Assembly (NCBI RefSeq): GCF_009914755.1
Contig: NC_060932.1
Length of the DNA stretch: 64,000 nucleotides
Direction: 5' to 3' (one strand)
Source of the DNA: the human T2T-CHM13v2.0 reference genome, Homo sapiens
The notes below the pieces were generated by a model that worked only from the letters and a program-made list of their open reading frames with translations, made no database searches and had not been told where the DNA came from. This document shows, piece by piece, positions 1 to 13,684 of the stretch; the first letter of the stretch is position 1; each line of letters opens with the position of its first letter. A program made the position numbers and the translations under genes.

Positions 1-204
1 CATCTTTAACATTATATAATGTATATATGCTATATTAATATAGTATTAATGTATTATATAAGTATATAGTATTTCTTCTAAGGCCCAGCTAAGTATTTAT
101 GACTCATTTTCTTAGCCACAAAAAGAGGTTTTTCCATCATCAGCCTTGTAATTTTTTTTATTTTACAATATCTAAATCATAATTCCCTTTGGTTTCATGT
201 TCTT

Positions 205-440
205 TTTAAATTTTTTTAAATTAACAATAATTGTACATATAGGGTACATGGTGCTGTTTCAATAGATAAAATATGTGATGATCAGATCAACATAATTATC
301 ATATCCATCATCTCAAACATTATCATTTATTTGTGTTGGGAATATTCAAGGTCCTCCTTCTAGCTATTTGAAACTATACATGATAACTATAGTCACCCTA
401 TAGTGTAAAGAACACTAGAACTTATTCCTCCTGTCTAGCA
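205..440 (-). mobile_element. Old L1 3' end fragment (L1MA-like)
   Basis: T-rich start, then ATAATTGTACATAT..GGGTACA..CATATCCATCATCTCAAACAT..CTAGAACTTATTCCTCCT, the antisense L1MA 3'UTR pattern. Confidence 0.75.
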
Positions 441-964
441 GTTTTCATCTTCTCTCACTGTTCCTGAGACATTGGAATGAGTTCTACCAATCTTTCTAAT
501 GCTAAGCACACATATTGTATGAATATAAAACTCATTTTTCCTAAATATAAACTCTTTTAATCTGCCAATCATCACTTAAAAAAGACAATATAAACCAGCA
601 TTCTTGCTTACTTTTAAAAAAATCTTCCCTCCTTTGAAAATTTATAGACTTTTAAAGTGAGAAAGTTAAGTGTCTTTATTGCTTTGGAGAAGAGCTAGCC
701 AAAGATATGCTTTAAAAGCAGGAGCTCTCCTGGTATCCATTTTTCTTTTCAGTCATTCTTCAACAGTGCAAGGTATCTGTGTCATCCTATTATCATTGCT
801 CTGAAACATAAGGCTTGGGAGGCAGTCTGGAATCTTTCTAAGACTTTGACTCCAAAACCTAACATCTAACAATTATGTGCATCCAGGTAATCAAAGTCTT
901 GCCATCAAGGTACATCGAGGGTCAGTTATCTACAACACCCACCATTTGTCAAACAGAATCATGT

Positions 965-1070
965 GCGTTGTGAGGGCTGGGACCATATCTAGTCTGTCTT
1001 TGTATCCCAAACCTAGCACTGTTTTGACATCTAGTAGTGGACACCCAGCAAATGTTTGTTGAGTGAATAT
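965..1070 (+). mobile_element. L2 3' end
   Basis: TTTGTATCCC..CCTAGCAC..AAATGTTTGTTGAGTGAAT, the typical L2 terminus. Confidence 0.7.
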
Positions 1071-1169
1071 TAAACACAATAACAGGAAATTTTCAGGGAT
1101 GTTTGTATATAGATCTAATTTTGCATAATTAAAGGTATTTAGGATTGCTCTTGCCATTTAGATATTTGG

Positions 1170-1185
1170 GTGTGTGAGTGTATGT

Positions 1186-1219
<34 letters not shown>
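1170..1219. repeat. (GT)n microsatellite occupying the Alu tail position
   Basis: Pure (GT)16 at 1188-1219 with a degenerate GT lead-in, abutting the Alu 3' end. Confidence 0.95.
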
Positions 1220-1501
<282 letters not shown>

Positions 1502-2115
1502 ACCATTTACGTTTAATAAATTGCAAAAAGCCTCTTTACCCATGATAGCCAAATGAGTAATTATGGTGAACAACTCAGATTCTGTTTTACAGAAAGAAAT
1601 TATTTGATGGAGACTTTTATGGGGTGTGGTACTCTCCACACAATCCTATAAATTCCATAATCCAGCTAGTGTGTAGAATACCAGAAAAGAAAATTTAATG
1701 GAATAGTTTTATAACCCTGGCTGAATGAGATGCAGAAAGTTAAGACATGGCATAAATTGGATAGGCTAATTATTCTAACCTCTTGCCATTTATATGTGCG
1801 CATGTGTGTGATTGTCAAATAAGACAGACTTCTGTATGAGTATCAATCTTAAAAATTTCTTCTTTTATAGTCAATTTGATTGGGAATCCAATATTTGTGG
1901 CTGTGTCTAATTCGGTATTCCATAGAGCTCCTCTTATCATCCTCTAATATATGTCTACAATGAATAACTCTCCACTGTGATTGGCATGGCATAAACCAAG
2001 GCATCCAGACACAGGCACTAAAGCATATCCCATAAAAAGAGTTGATGATCACCAAACTTCATTATCTTCCTAGAAGCTAAAGCTAATGCAGCAAAGTCTA
2101 TAAAGATTATGATCA

Positions 2116-2289
2116 AACTGGCTCTTTCTATGGAATGAACTAGAATCTCTCCAAAGGTGAACTGCAGAAAACTCCACCTCTCCTTATTTCTGCTTCCACG
2201 TCAACTGGCTCTTTCTATGGAATGAACTAGAACCTCTCCAAAGGTGAACTGCAGAAAACTCCACCTCTCCTTATTTCTGCTTCCACGTC
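2116..2289. repeat. 87-bp direct tandem duplication, 2 copies
   Basis: 2116-2202 and 2203-2289 are identical except one T/C (TAGAATCTCT vs TAGAACCTCT). Confidence 0.97.
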
Positions 2290-3021
2290 GCTGCCTTAAA
2301 TCTCAAGTACGTGTGAAACTTCTGTGTGCTGAGCCTGAGGCCTGGGAACAACTGGGTGACAATAAAGTCTAGTTAGGAGAGACGAGTTGTAGCATCTGAG
2401 ACAATCGGTGACAGAACAATACATGATAAAGTGACTGCACTGTACTATTTAGCACTGTATTACATTTTCACATTCATTTTGCATTATTCTATAATTTGAG
2501 GTTCAAAATGAATTTTGATGTGGAGAATTTGAAATGACCTTAAGTCTTTCTAAAGAATTGGACATGGGTACCAGAGCCAGAGCTCTCCTCCAAAAACTAA
2601 ATGCAGTGTACCTCTCAACTGAACTTCCATCACTTTCTCATAGTAGCACGAACCCTTCGAGAACAGGCAAGTTGACTTCCACCCCGGACCTCTCACTGAG
2701 CATTTAGTCAGGTTCCACTGCTCTAAACTGTCCGATGGCTCCATGTAAAGGAAGGGAAGATTCCAGTACTACCATTGGCATGATTTGTTTAAGCAAGGAT
2801 GCTGCCACTCCTTTGGAGGGGAGAGCTGATGTTTACCTGAATTGAGCAAAGCGTTCTTTCTTCTTCCTTTTTTTTTTTAATGTAGAAGCTGTAGGAAAAA
2901 AAAAAAAAAAAAAAAACACGTACTGCTGAGTTCCAGGATTTTCCCTACTGTCATTGCAGGTTCCTGATTAGATATAAGAAAATCTGGTGTGTTATGTGTA
3001 AAAGATAAAAGGGCACATAGA

Positions 3022-3340
3022 GGCTGGGCGTGGTGCCCCGTGCCTGTAATTCCAGCATTTTGGGAGAGCAAGGGAGGTGATCACTTGAGCCCAGGAATTC
3101 AGGACCAGCCTGGCCAGCAGAGGGAGACCCTGTTTCTAAAAAAATTAAAAAAAATAAAAAATAAAAAATTCAGAAACAATTAGCCAGGCTTGGTGGCGCA
3201 CATCTGTAGTCCCAGCTACTCAGAAGGCTGAGGCAGGAGAATCACTTGAGCCTGGGAGGTCAAGGCTGCAGTGAGCTGTGATTGCATTACTGCACTTTAG
3301 CCTGGGTGACAGAGAGAGACCCTGCCTGGAAAAAGAAAAG
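3022..3340 (+). mobile_element. AluJ-type full-length element
   Basis: GGCTGGGCGTGGTG..CACTTGAGCCCAGG, extended A-rich linker, right arm GGTCAAGGCTGCAGTGAGCTGTGAT. Confidence 0.93.
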
Positions 3341-4099
3341 ACCATTTTGAATGTATTTCTAAGGTTCTTCTTCCCAGATATAACTTTTAGAAACAATATT
3401 ATCCTCTTTTCACTATTGTACCATGTTTTTCATTACCATTTCTACTACTTTTCCACTAATCAAAAGAGAGATTTATATTACTCATCAGCAGTATTTCATA
3501 TTTTATTTACTTTTTTGTTTATGCTTATACCACTATGATACAAACCACAGTTGAAATATTGCAGGGCCCGTAGTTCTATTACATTAATCTTGGTTTTATA
3601 GCAGAATATATTATTAAATATTTATGTGAGATGCAAAAGCCATCAATAGCTGTATTCGACAGTGGATAATCTACAACTGAATACGTTCAAATGTAATCAT
3701 TTTTTGCACAGGATGGTAGGGATACTCCAATAGAATCTGATGGTTAATTTCTCAGTCTTATTTCTCCATGTAAAGGTATTTTATAAATGAATGTGTAACA
3801 GTGAGCAAGTACTGAAAAGTTTTTAATTGTCCATCATTTTAGAAGTTTATAAAGTTGATCAGGTAACTTTTTCGTAATGTGGATTTTTCACTTCTGGATT
3901 TCTCATACATAGAATTCAGAAAATAAATCTGTGATCATAACACTTTCTCATTAATACAATGTAATCAGTAGCATCAAAATAGTGACTATTTGGAGAGTGT
4001 TTGCACTAGCATATGGGTAATAAATTCTACCCCTTCATGTGGCAATAGCCTCTTTTTCTGGAGGGGAGAGGGAGTGAAATCATTGGTTTCTATTCAATT

Positions 4100-4770
4100 G
4101 TGTTGAAAAGAGCACTAGATTTGCAATCAGTAGGTTTGACTCCAAAGCATAGTTGATACTTATTTGTGTTATCTTGGACAGCCACTTATAGTAAATATTG
4201 TTAGCTCCTCCTCCCAATCCCCTTTACCAGGTTAGTGTCCCACTCCCTCAACTGCTCAGAGTGTTGGCTCCAACAGAACAGAGCTCTTTGCTTCTCCAGG
4301 CATGGAAGCTCATGGAAGGCCAAAGAGGAGCTGCCCAGGAAATTCAGCAGCCTGTGGCTGAGCTGACATGGCACACAAAGGCTAGTTCCCTTGCCTCCAG
4401 GTGGGACCAGCTATGTGGTTCAGCATGCTCCAAAGCTCCAGGAGGGATCAAGCTCAATCTGACCTCCAGCTGAGACCATATTCCTTCATCGCTTTTTCCC
4501 CTTGCACCATCCTACTTTCCTCACTCCCCTTCTGCTGAAAGCACTCATCCAATATATCATTGAACAAGAATCCCTGTCTCAGGCTCTGGCTCTAGGGAAC
4601 CTGACCCAAGATACTTTAACCTAATGTCTAGGCCTCAATTTCTTTATCTGTAAAATAAGAGTAATCACTGATCCATGATATTATTGTGAGAATTAAGCAA
4701 TGCATCATTAGGTGAAAGTGCTTTTGTAACCTGAAAAGAATTAAACAAATGTTAGCCATCTTCAATGTTA
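4100..4770 (+). mobile_element. MIR split by an LTR insertion (halves ~4100-4186 and ~4614-4770)
   Basis: ..TCTTGGACAGCCACT before the LTR and TTAACCT..GGCCTCAATTTCTTTATCTGTAAAAT..TTGTGAGAATTAA after it join into the MIR core. Confidence 0.7.
4187..4613 (+). mobile_element. ERVL solo LTR, LTR16-like
   Basis: Ends AAGAATCCCTGTCTCAGGCTCTGGCTCTAGGGAACCTGACCCAAGATA, matching the LTR16-family 3' terminus; ~430 bp. Confidence 0.72.
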
Positions 4771-5532
4771 TTACTAAAACCAATGCTAATAAAGTGACTC
4801 TTGTAATTCTCTGAGAGTTGATGTTTCCACTCCCTCAAAGTGTGCTATAAATGCCCTTTTTGGATGCATCTAAAGTGACAACCCTTTTCTCTGCACCGTC
4901 ACGTGACTTGAATGAAGATTTTCCCAGTTTCTTCCAAATTCTGCTTATGTTAAAATTTTAAGTAGTGTTTTTCCATACAAGTAGATAGATATTTCCGCAA
5001 TATTCAGCTTTCTTATCTACCCTCCTCACTATCCATGAGATGTTGTCTTAAAATAATTTTTAAAAAGTGACAGAAACTCATCTGTAAATCTGAAACATTT
5101 CCCTCAATTAAATTAGAACCATTTAGGGCTATTTTGCTTCAAATCCTATGAGGTATTTATTTACTTATTTATGGGATATTATTTACTTTTTATTTGGAGC
5201 ATCTAATTGCTTCCTGGACTAGTCAAACCTAGTCAAGAAAGCTATTATGGCATTCCCTAAACTGGATCTTGCTACCTTTTAAATATTATGCATTTTTTCT
5301 AAGCAGGCAAAATAAATTGGAATGAGTAAAACCTCACGTTCTTACATACACACTGGGCATATACATCTGAGATAATACACAGGTATCAGTTATATATTTT
5401 TTAAGTGTTAGGAAAAGACTATTTAAAATTTAGCTTTTGATGTTCGTTTTTATCCTAGGGACTGTCATGTTTCATAATGCTAACACTGGGCCATACTTTT
5501 TCAGATTTTTCAAAATGCCTAGAAGAATAAAA

Positions 5533-5900
5533 ACTCATTCATTCACTTAACAAATGTTTACCAAGTATCTGCTAAGTGCAGAACACTGTGCCAAGAATCT
5601 GTGGGTACAATGGTGAGGAGAAATATATACGACACCTGCCCTCTTCAGGTGCAGTGTAGATAATGAGACTGACTTTAATCAAAGAATGAGCAAATGTAGC
5701 TAACTTGTGCTAGGTGCTATAAAAATAGTGAAAGTTGAGCAACTCCAAGTTGTCAGAGGAAGCTTCCCAAAAAAGTAATCATTAAGCTGACATTGGAGAA
5801 AAAGTGGGAGGAAGTAGAGGGGGAAAGAGCATTCCAAGCAGAAATAGTAGCATGTGCAAAGGCACCATGGCAGGAGGGGACATGGTCAAATGTTACAGGT
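5533..5900 (-). mobile_element. L2 fragment
   Basis: CATTCATTCACTTAACAAATGTTTA..; GAGCATTCCAAGCAGA..AGCATGTGCAAAGGC. Confidence 0.75.
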
Positions 5901-6494
5901 CAGGTTAGAAGGCTTAAGATAATAAGACAAGCATTTAAACTAAGAGCAATAATCCAGACAAGCTATGAGCAGAATTGAAAAGGGAAGGTCCCTAGCTAAG
6001 ATCCATCTCAGTCCAGTGAAAATGTATTTTGTGTCTTCCACATCAAGCGACTGTGCCCACGTTAGTTCTAGGAGGCCTTCCCAGTGGGGACCCCACCAAC
6101 ACCTTTCAGCACTATTGCACTCTGTCCTCCACACACCTGCCTCTGAAAAATCATCCTTCCTTAGCCCTGAATGGCTGGCTCTCACACAAAGGCTACTAAA
6201 AGCAGTGAGATCCTTATCATACAGTTATATTTATTAAGTCTGAATCCATCGTCCACAGTAGCTTCCTGGGTTATATGCCCAACATGGATGTGCTTTAAAC
6301 CCTCCAGAAGTTTATCCTTGCTTGTAGAATAAAATTGGTTTTGCATAGAGAGATCTTCAAGACTGCACTCTCTTCACCCCCATCTCACATTTTTTCCTGT
6401 ATCATTAAATCTGAGAAATTCCAGACAGCTTTTGATATCAAGTTTTCAGCAAAGTTGGTGCATACCATAATGTTTCAGTCTTCTGGCCTTTCTT

Positions 6495-6760
6495 CTGTTT
6501 CAGTGCTCAGCTCAAACAACCCCTCCTCAAGGAAGCTTTTTCTCACTTCCCATTGCCCCCTCCCAAACAAGTTATCTGTCCTCTGCTGTGACCCAGTATC
6601 ATCTCTCCATATTCTTTGTTATATTTTCCGTATTATTAAGCTTATTCAATTATGTGTCGATCAATAGCCCCCACTAAACTATGAGTTCCACAAAGGCAAA
6701 TACATGATTTTTTTTCTATATCTCCAAGGACTAGTATAGCTTCTGGTAAACAAAAAAGAT
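6495..6760 (+). mobile_element. L2 fragment
   Basis: CTCAGCTCAAAC..CCTCCTCAAGGAAGCTTT..CCCCACTAAACTATGAGTTCCA. Confidence 0.65.
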
Positions 6761-6835
6761 TATTAGACTAACTGAGCTGGTGGCAGGTCAGTTTGCCTTC
6801 CAGACCCTTTAAATCAACTGTCCAGGAATCTAGAC

Positions 6836-7470
6836 CAGCACTGTAAAATGGAAATACAGTTGCCCCTCAGTATCTTTGGGGAATGGTTCCAGGACCTCCC
6901 ACGGATACCACAATTGGTGGATGTTCAAGTCCTTTATATAACGTGGTATAGTATTTGCATATAACCTATGCACACCCTCCCATATACTTTAAATCATCTC
7001 TAGATTTCTTATAATACCTAATACAATGTAAATGCTCTGAAGATAGTTGTTACAGTGAATCGTTTAGAGAATAACAAGAAAACAAGTCTGTGCATATTCA
7101 GTACAAATGCAATTTTTTTGAACAGTTTTAATCTGCAGGTGGTTGAATGAACAGATACAGAACTCATGAATAGAGAGTGCTGACTATATAATATAATGCA
7201 AGTCACATTTTAAATTTACTAGTAGCCATATTTAAAAAGTAAAAATAAATAGGTGAAATTAACATTAATAATATATTTTATATAATGCCATATAGCCAAC
7301 ATATCATTTCAACATATAATCAATATGAAAATTAATATATACATTTTTATACTACATATCATAAATCTAGTGCATATTTTACACTTACAGCAGATGTCCA
7401 TTTGGACTGATCACCTCTAAAATTCTCAAGAGTCACATGTTGCTAGTGGCTGCCATATTGGACAGTGCAA
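6836..7470 (+). mobile_element. MER33 (hAT-Charlie MITE) interrupted by MER2
   Basis: Start CAGCACTGTAAAATGGAAATA, resumes TAATGCAAGTCACA..TAGTAGCCA, ends GCTAGTGGCTGCCATATTGGACAGTGCA; flanks ATCTAGAC / ATCTAAGA resemble the Charlie NTCTAGAN target. Confidence 0.82.
6857..7186 (+). mobile_element. MER2 (TcMar-Tigger MITE)
   Basis: TA|CAGTTGCCCCTCAGTATC..GGTTCCAGGACC..GCATATAACCTATGCACA..GTGCTGACTA|TA; degenerate TIRs and TA duplication. Confidence 0.87.
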
Positions 7471-8129
7471 ATCTAAGATAGTTGGCATCCAGGTAAGGTC
7501 AGCAACCACAAAAAAAGAAAAAACCTGAAACTAAATTGAACAGAATCAATAGGGGCCTCATCGAAAAGACCTTGAAGAAGTCAAATGATAATTTAGACGC
7601 TTATGTAATCTGATTTGGTTTTCTATGTTGATGGGATGAAATATCTCTACTTGTTTCTACATAATATCTGTAGATAGTTTAAGTATTGTATCATTATTAC
7701 CTGAAAAAATAAGTCAAATCAGCGTTTCCTCTGTTTTTTATGAATCCCTGTTCTTGGTTCTAAAACCTCAGATTCATTTGAGGTAGTTGGATGCAGTGGG
7801 TTAAAGAACATTGTGAGATGATATTTTAAATTCTGGAAAATACTGTATTACGGAAGAAAAAAGCCAACAACTGGAATACTGTTGCCTAGGAACATTTCTC
7901 CTCTTGCCCCAGAATCAGTATTTTAGCTTTTCTCGATTGGTCAATTTGTTAATATCACAGAGTGAGTGAGAATCAACAAAGTATCCTGCCCCCCTTCCCC
8001 CACCACAAAAACATATGGAAATGCAGAAGTAAAGTATATGGGCGGAAAGACCATAATCCTCCTTAGTATGACTATTCAGCCTTTGCATCTAGTTCAAGGA
8101 CTAGCAGTTATTTCTTGAGAAATATAATC

Positions 8130-8760
8130 TTACTTCATTCATTCTTTTAGTCACTTGTTCAATGAATATTTATTGAGCATTTATTATATGCCAGACCTTG
8201 TGCTAGGCCCCACAGCCATACAATCACTGTCTTTCAGGTACATGAGCCTCTTGAGGGAGTCAGACTTGAACAATATGCACAGTGAAAGGTATGAGAGCTT
8301 TTAGAAGCAGGATGGAGCCTGGACCAGAGGTTCATTAAGGAAGAGTCATTGAGGTGAGAACTGAAGGGGAAGCAAGAGTTGACTAGTTGAATGGAAAGGG
8401 GCAGAGCATTCCAGGTAGAGGAATGAGCATATGGAAGACACAGATTTAAGATTGCATATAGTTATCTTGGCTTCCAGAAGCTAGCCCTTCTAGGAGTGAG
8501 AAGAAGCTCATGAAGAGTGCAGGGTAGAACTTAAGGACTAAAACGGCAGTTAGTGAGGCTGGAGAAGTAGGTTGGAGGTCAAGTTCACAAAGAGCTGAAA
8601 ATGATAAAACCCCAGGTGCCTACGAGATGGTTGTTTGCAATGGGTTAAAAAGAGTGGCAGAGTGCCTGCCTGGAGATGGAGGTTGGTAGATGAAGTGGAA
8701 GCAATGGGGCAAGGTGGCAGACAAGAGTGGAGAAGAAGAATGAAGAGTCAGAAAAAAAAT
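8130..8760 (-). mobile_element. L2 fragment
   Basis: TTCATTCATTC..ATATTTATTGAGCA..TGTGCTAGG; GAGCATTCCAGGTAGAGGAA. Confidence 0.75.
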
Positions 8761-8849
8761 TAGAGGACTTCATTAAACACAATAGATCAAAACTGCATTT
8801 GAACCAATGATCATGATGCAATAACCTTGGAAAGGCGATCCACTCATCA

Positions 8850-9040
8850 AAAACCTATTATTTTCAGGCTCTGTGCATATATTGTCTTATTTCATTCTCC
8901 CGACAATGTATTTTGCAATAGAGAAACTGAAGCTCTGAGCAGTTTTGTAACTTTCCCACGATTATTTCTTAACAAGTGGGTGCACAGGAATATAAAATAT
9001 GATCTGTCAAGCTGCAATGTCTACACTCTTTCCACTAGGC
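8850..9040 (-). mobile_element. MIR fragment
   Basis: TCTTATTTCATTCTC..GAGAAACTGAAGCTC..GTAACTTTCCCA. Confidence 0.6.
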
Positions 9041-10414
9041 CAAGAAAAAAGGGAATTTTACTTAGCTGATGTTTAAGAGTAACTTTAGAGTTAAAATAGA
9101 GTTAGTCTCTGACATTAAAAGTTATATTGGAAAAGTTGTTAAACCTTATCTGCTTGGCCTTAAATGTTAAAACTGAGCATTTTCTAGTTTCATTACCTTT
9201 CTACATGCATAGGTAGTCATAAGATGATATATTTCAGTACTTTGAACTAGCAGACAGAATGGTAACACATAAAAATCCACATTTATTACATTCTAGTTCA
9301 GATAGATAACATTTTTTAAAGTATAATATTTTAAAATCATTAAAAAGTTTAACTAAATTAAATTGCTTTGGTCCAATAATATTTTATGAGATTTACATAA
9401 TTTCAAGATATGTCTTTAGAGGAAACCATAATCAAGTCCATTAACAGCACTATTGTAACTTTTTTTAAAAAAAAGATGTGTGGTTTTACAAGAAAAAAAG
9501 ATATATGTATGCTTAGATCAAGGAGTAACTTTGACTCTCTGCTATAATGTACAACTTAGCCATTTTCTACTGAAGTTTGTTAAATAATTTTTTCATACCT
9601 GCTTTGTTTTGTATTAAGGCACTAAGCAGTTTTCCTGCTTTGCAGAGCTAAACTGGCAGCACAAACTTGCTTTTCTCTACAGCTTGACGCTGTAGTCATG
9701 ACCCTCTCATACAATGAAGAATATCAAGAAAAGATCTGGAAATGAGGAGGGCAATACATGAAGTTTCAAGATAGTTGTCGCTATAAATCTGTAATAGAAC
9801 CTGCCATCATTGCCAGTGGCCTTGCAATTGACTATGGAATGGGACCATCTGAAAGTACAGCTTTTATTGTTGCCTTCTCTCTTCCTCAATACATGTTGTC
9901 TTATACAATAAGGGTTGCTCCTCTTCCTGGTAACTTTCTCTGAATAAGTGTAATTCTCCAAGGGTAATAATGTTCTCTGTTTGCTGTGCCATTTATGTCA
10001 TGTAAATTAGTCTTGGCTTCAAGAATGGAGCTTCTAATTTTGTTTGCCCCCATCACAAATATAGGATTACACAAATTCTAAGATGATTGCTCCTGCAAAA
10101 TGTCCTCATAGGTTGACCCTACGAACCTTCAGTTTTCACAATTAATGCCTCCAATTTTTAAAGCATCAGTCTCAGAGAGAGTAGTACCTCTCAGTGTGAA
10201 TCTGGGACACAAATGTTTGGTCTCTCTGGGCCCCTATGAGGAAGAAAAAGGATGAAGTGGTCTGCTGTGGTTATTGGCATCTCACAGATGGGGAAACATA
10301 AGAAGGAGTTGACTTGAGATTCCTCACGTATAGCAAACAAAGTGGGGAAGTGTAGTGTGGAATATTACCAAGCAGCAGTGTCCTATAAGTTATCAATACA
10401 TTGATGCCTATTTC

Positions 10415-11540
<1,126 letters not shown>

Positions 11541-12468
11541 AAAGCCTGTTTAAAAGAAAGTTTCTCTGCTGACTTTTAAAAGTAACACCAGTTGAATACC
11601 AGGTAATGGGCAGAGTCCTTCAAATAAACCATTGGCTTTTTGGCCTTTCCTGTTTCTGCTCACATCTATAAAGCTGCAGCTCCATTTGAATGGAGAAGGA
11701 GCATCTCATAGCAAGCAGGCCCTTTACTACTATCTGAGGAAATGCACTTAAAAGAAGTCATTTCTACCCCTAGCATAAGGAAATCAAGAGGCAAAATGCA
11801 TTCCACTGTCCTTTTTTCAAACTATATTTAAATGGTCACAAGAACAGATGAGTATCCCTTCAGATATTTCTCAAATGCATGATGCATCTTCTTGAAGGAT
11901 GAACCAAAAAGACTTTTGAAGGAAAAGTTTCCAATTTACACAGAAAATATTTACAAGTTGTTTTTAATGTGTGTGTATACTGTATTATAAACCACTTCAT
12001 ATCAAGAGCTGTGTCATCTCTTTAATACCACTAAAGTTCTTTACAAAATATATAGCATACTGTAGCTTCTCACAAATTAGTACATTACTAACTGAATTAT
12101 CTGGCTTAGAAGAATCCACACCTTAAGCCTCAGTAAGCTAGGAGGACACCGGAAGTTTCTTTTCTGTGTACATTCATTTATATGTTCTCAAGATAGTAAG
12201 ATCCATAATGAGAGTGATTTTTCTTGCTTTTCAGCTTAAGTGTCTTGTCTGAACAAAGTCCATTTATAAATGTTGAGCTCCTACACATTTGCTAATGTCC
12301 CCAATGGAAAGAAATCAAAATGATCAAATTTGCAAATTGTGATTTTTCTGTGTATTTCCAACCTCAAAACCATTATGTCATTTGTTATAATGCAATTTTG
12401 GCAAAAATAAGAATTTGATCATATCCACACAATTTAAAAGCCAAGGAATGCTGTCTAGTTCCTCTTAC

Positions 12469-12770
12469 CTGACAGTCTTTCAGAGGTAATTACAGCACCA
12501 CTTCCCGAGGCTGGTCTTGAGAGATAAAAGCTCACGAAAGAAGCCTGATGGTTCAAGGGTGGGCAGCAGCACCTGCTGTAAAGTACAGGCAGAAGCAAAC
12601 TCCTGAGACTCAGCTGTTGAGTACCAAGGCTTCCTTTGTGCAGCAGAATGTAGGAGGAGGCCCGAGCTGGTTTTGGCATTGACCCTTCCTGGTGGGCCGC
12701 TCACCCAGCCTGCCTGCAGCAGGACTGGAATAAACGTTCCCTGCCAAAAGGAAATTCTCAATCGGCCTGC
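12469..12770 (-). other. Candidate spliced exon, probably non-coding
   Basis: Minus-strand acceptor TCTTTCATTTGCTTTGTTTTTCTGGTCAG (AG at 12772-12771; alternative TTTCCTTTTGGCAG at 12742-12741) and donor CAG|GTAAGA; GC-elevated sequence with no repeat I recognise; no transcript evidence available. Confidence 0.4.
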
Positions 12771-12962
12771 CTGACCAGAAAAACAAAGCAAATGAAAGAC
12801 TAATTCAAAAAAGTTCATTGATCTTGTTAAAATTAATGATGGGCTTAAAGTTTACTTACTGTTAATTATGGTGGCCTCCTAATGTCCCATGAATCCTCTG
12901 TAAAATAGGGATAGTTTACGTCTCCTGTGGCCAAAGACTTTCTTTATCAGAGTTGTTACCAA

Positions 12963-13218
12963 GGCCAGGTGCAGTGGCGCACACCTGTAATCTCAACACT
13001 CTTGGAGGCCAAGGCAGGCAGATTACTTGAGGTCAGGAGTTCAGGAGCAGCCTGGCCAACATGGTGAAACTCCATCTGTACTAAAAATGTAAAAATTAGC
13101 TAGGCATAGTGGTGCACAACTGTAGTCCCAGCTACTCTGGAGGGTGAGACATGAGAATTGCGCCACTGCACTCCAGGCTGATGGACAGAGCAAGACTGTC
13201 TCAAAAAATCAAACAAAA
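12963..13218 (+). mobile_element. AluS with ~40-bp right-arm deletion and TSD
   Basis: TSD AGAGTTGTTACCAA at 12949-12962 and 13219-13232; junction GAGAATTG|CGCCACTG. Confidence 0.93.
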
Positions 13219-13684
13219 AGAGTTGTTACCAACTTAAGAAATATTTGGTTGCATCTTCATTTCATTGAGAAACACTAGCAATTTGAAACTCAAAGAAACT
13301 TGTAAAAAAAATGGCCACCATTTTTAATTTTTGCAAGTCTAGAGACAAGGCAAATTTAATCTTTTTAATTAGTTAAACAAATAATTAGTTTTCAGATATA
13401 AATACAGATGTAAAGAGAAGTAAAAGTCATGAACGCACTAGTATTTTTGCCAGCTGTGGCTATTAGTTAAAAGTGGCCACTAACTGTATAGTCCATTCCT
13501 TTCTACAATTTTTTTTTACACAAAACCTAAGAATTACAAAATTTTTAGTAGTTACTAAACATGAAGTTTTTCAAGATATTTATATTAAAGAGATTTTATG
13601 GTTTCTAAGATCACTTTTATTGAGAATCTTTTCCTTTTGTAAATCTAGGTCATTGGATTTAACACTAAAATTATAAAGGACAGG

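Noticed and set aside
2868-2916. Poly(T) and poly(A) runs facing each other, like a terminator or retrocopy tail
   Set aside because: Low-complexity only; no TSD or upstream retrocopy body identified.
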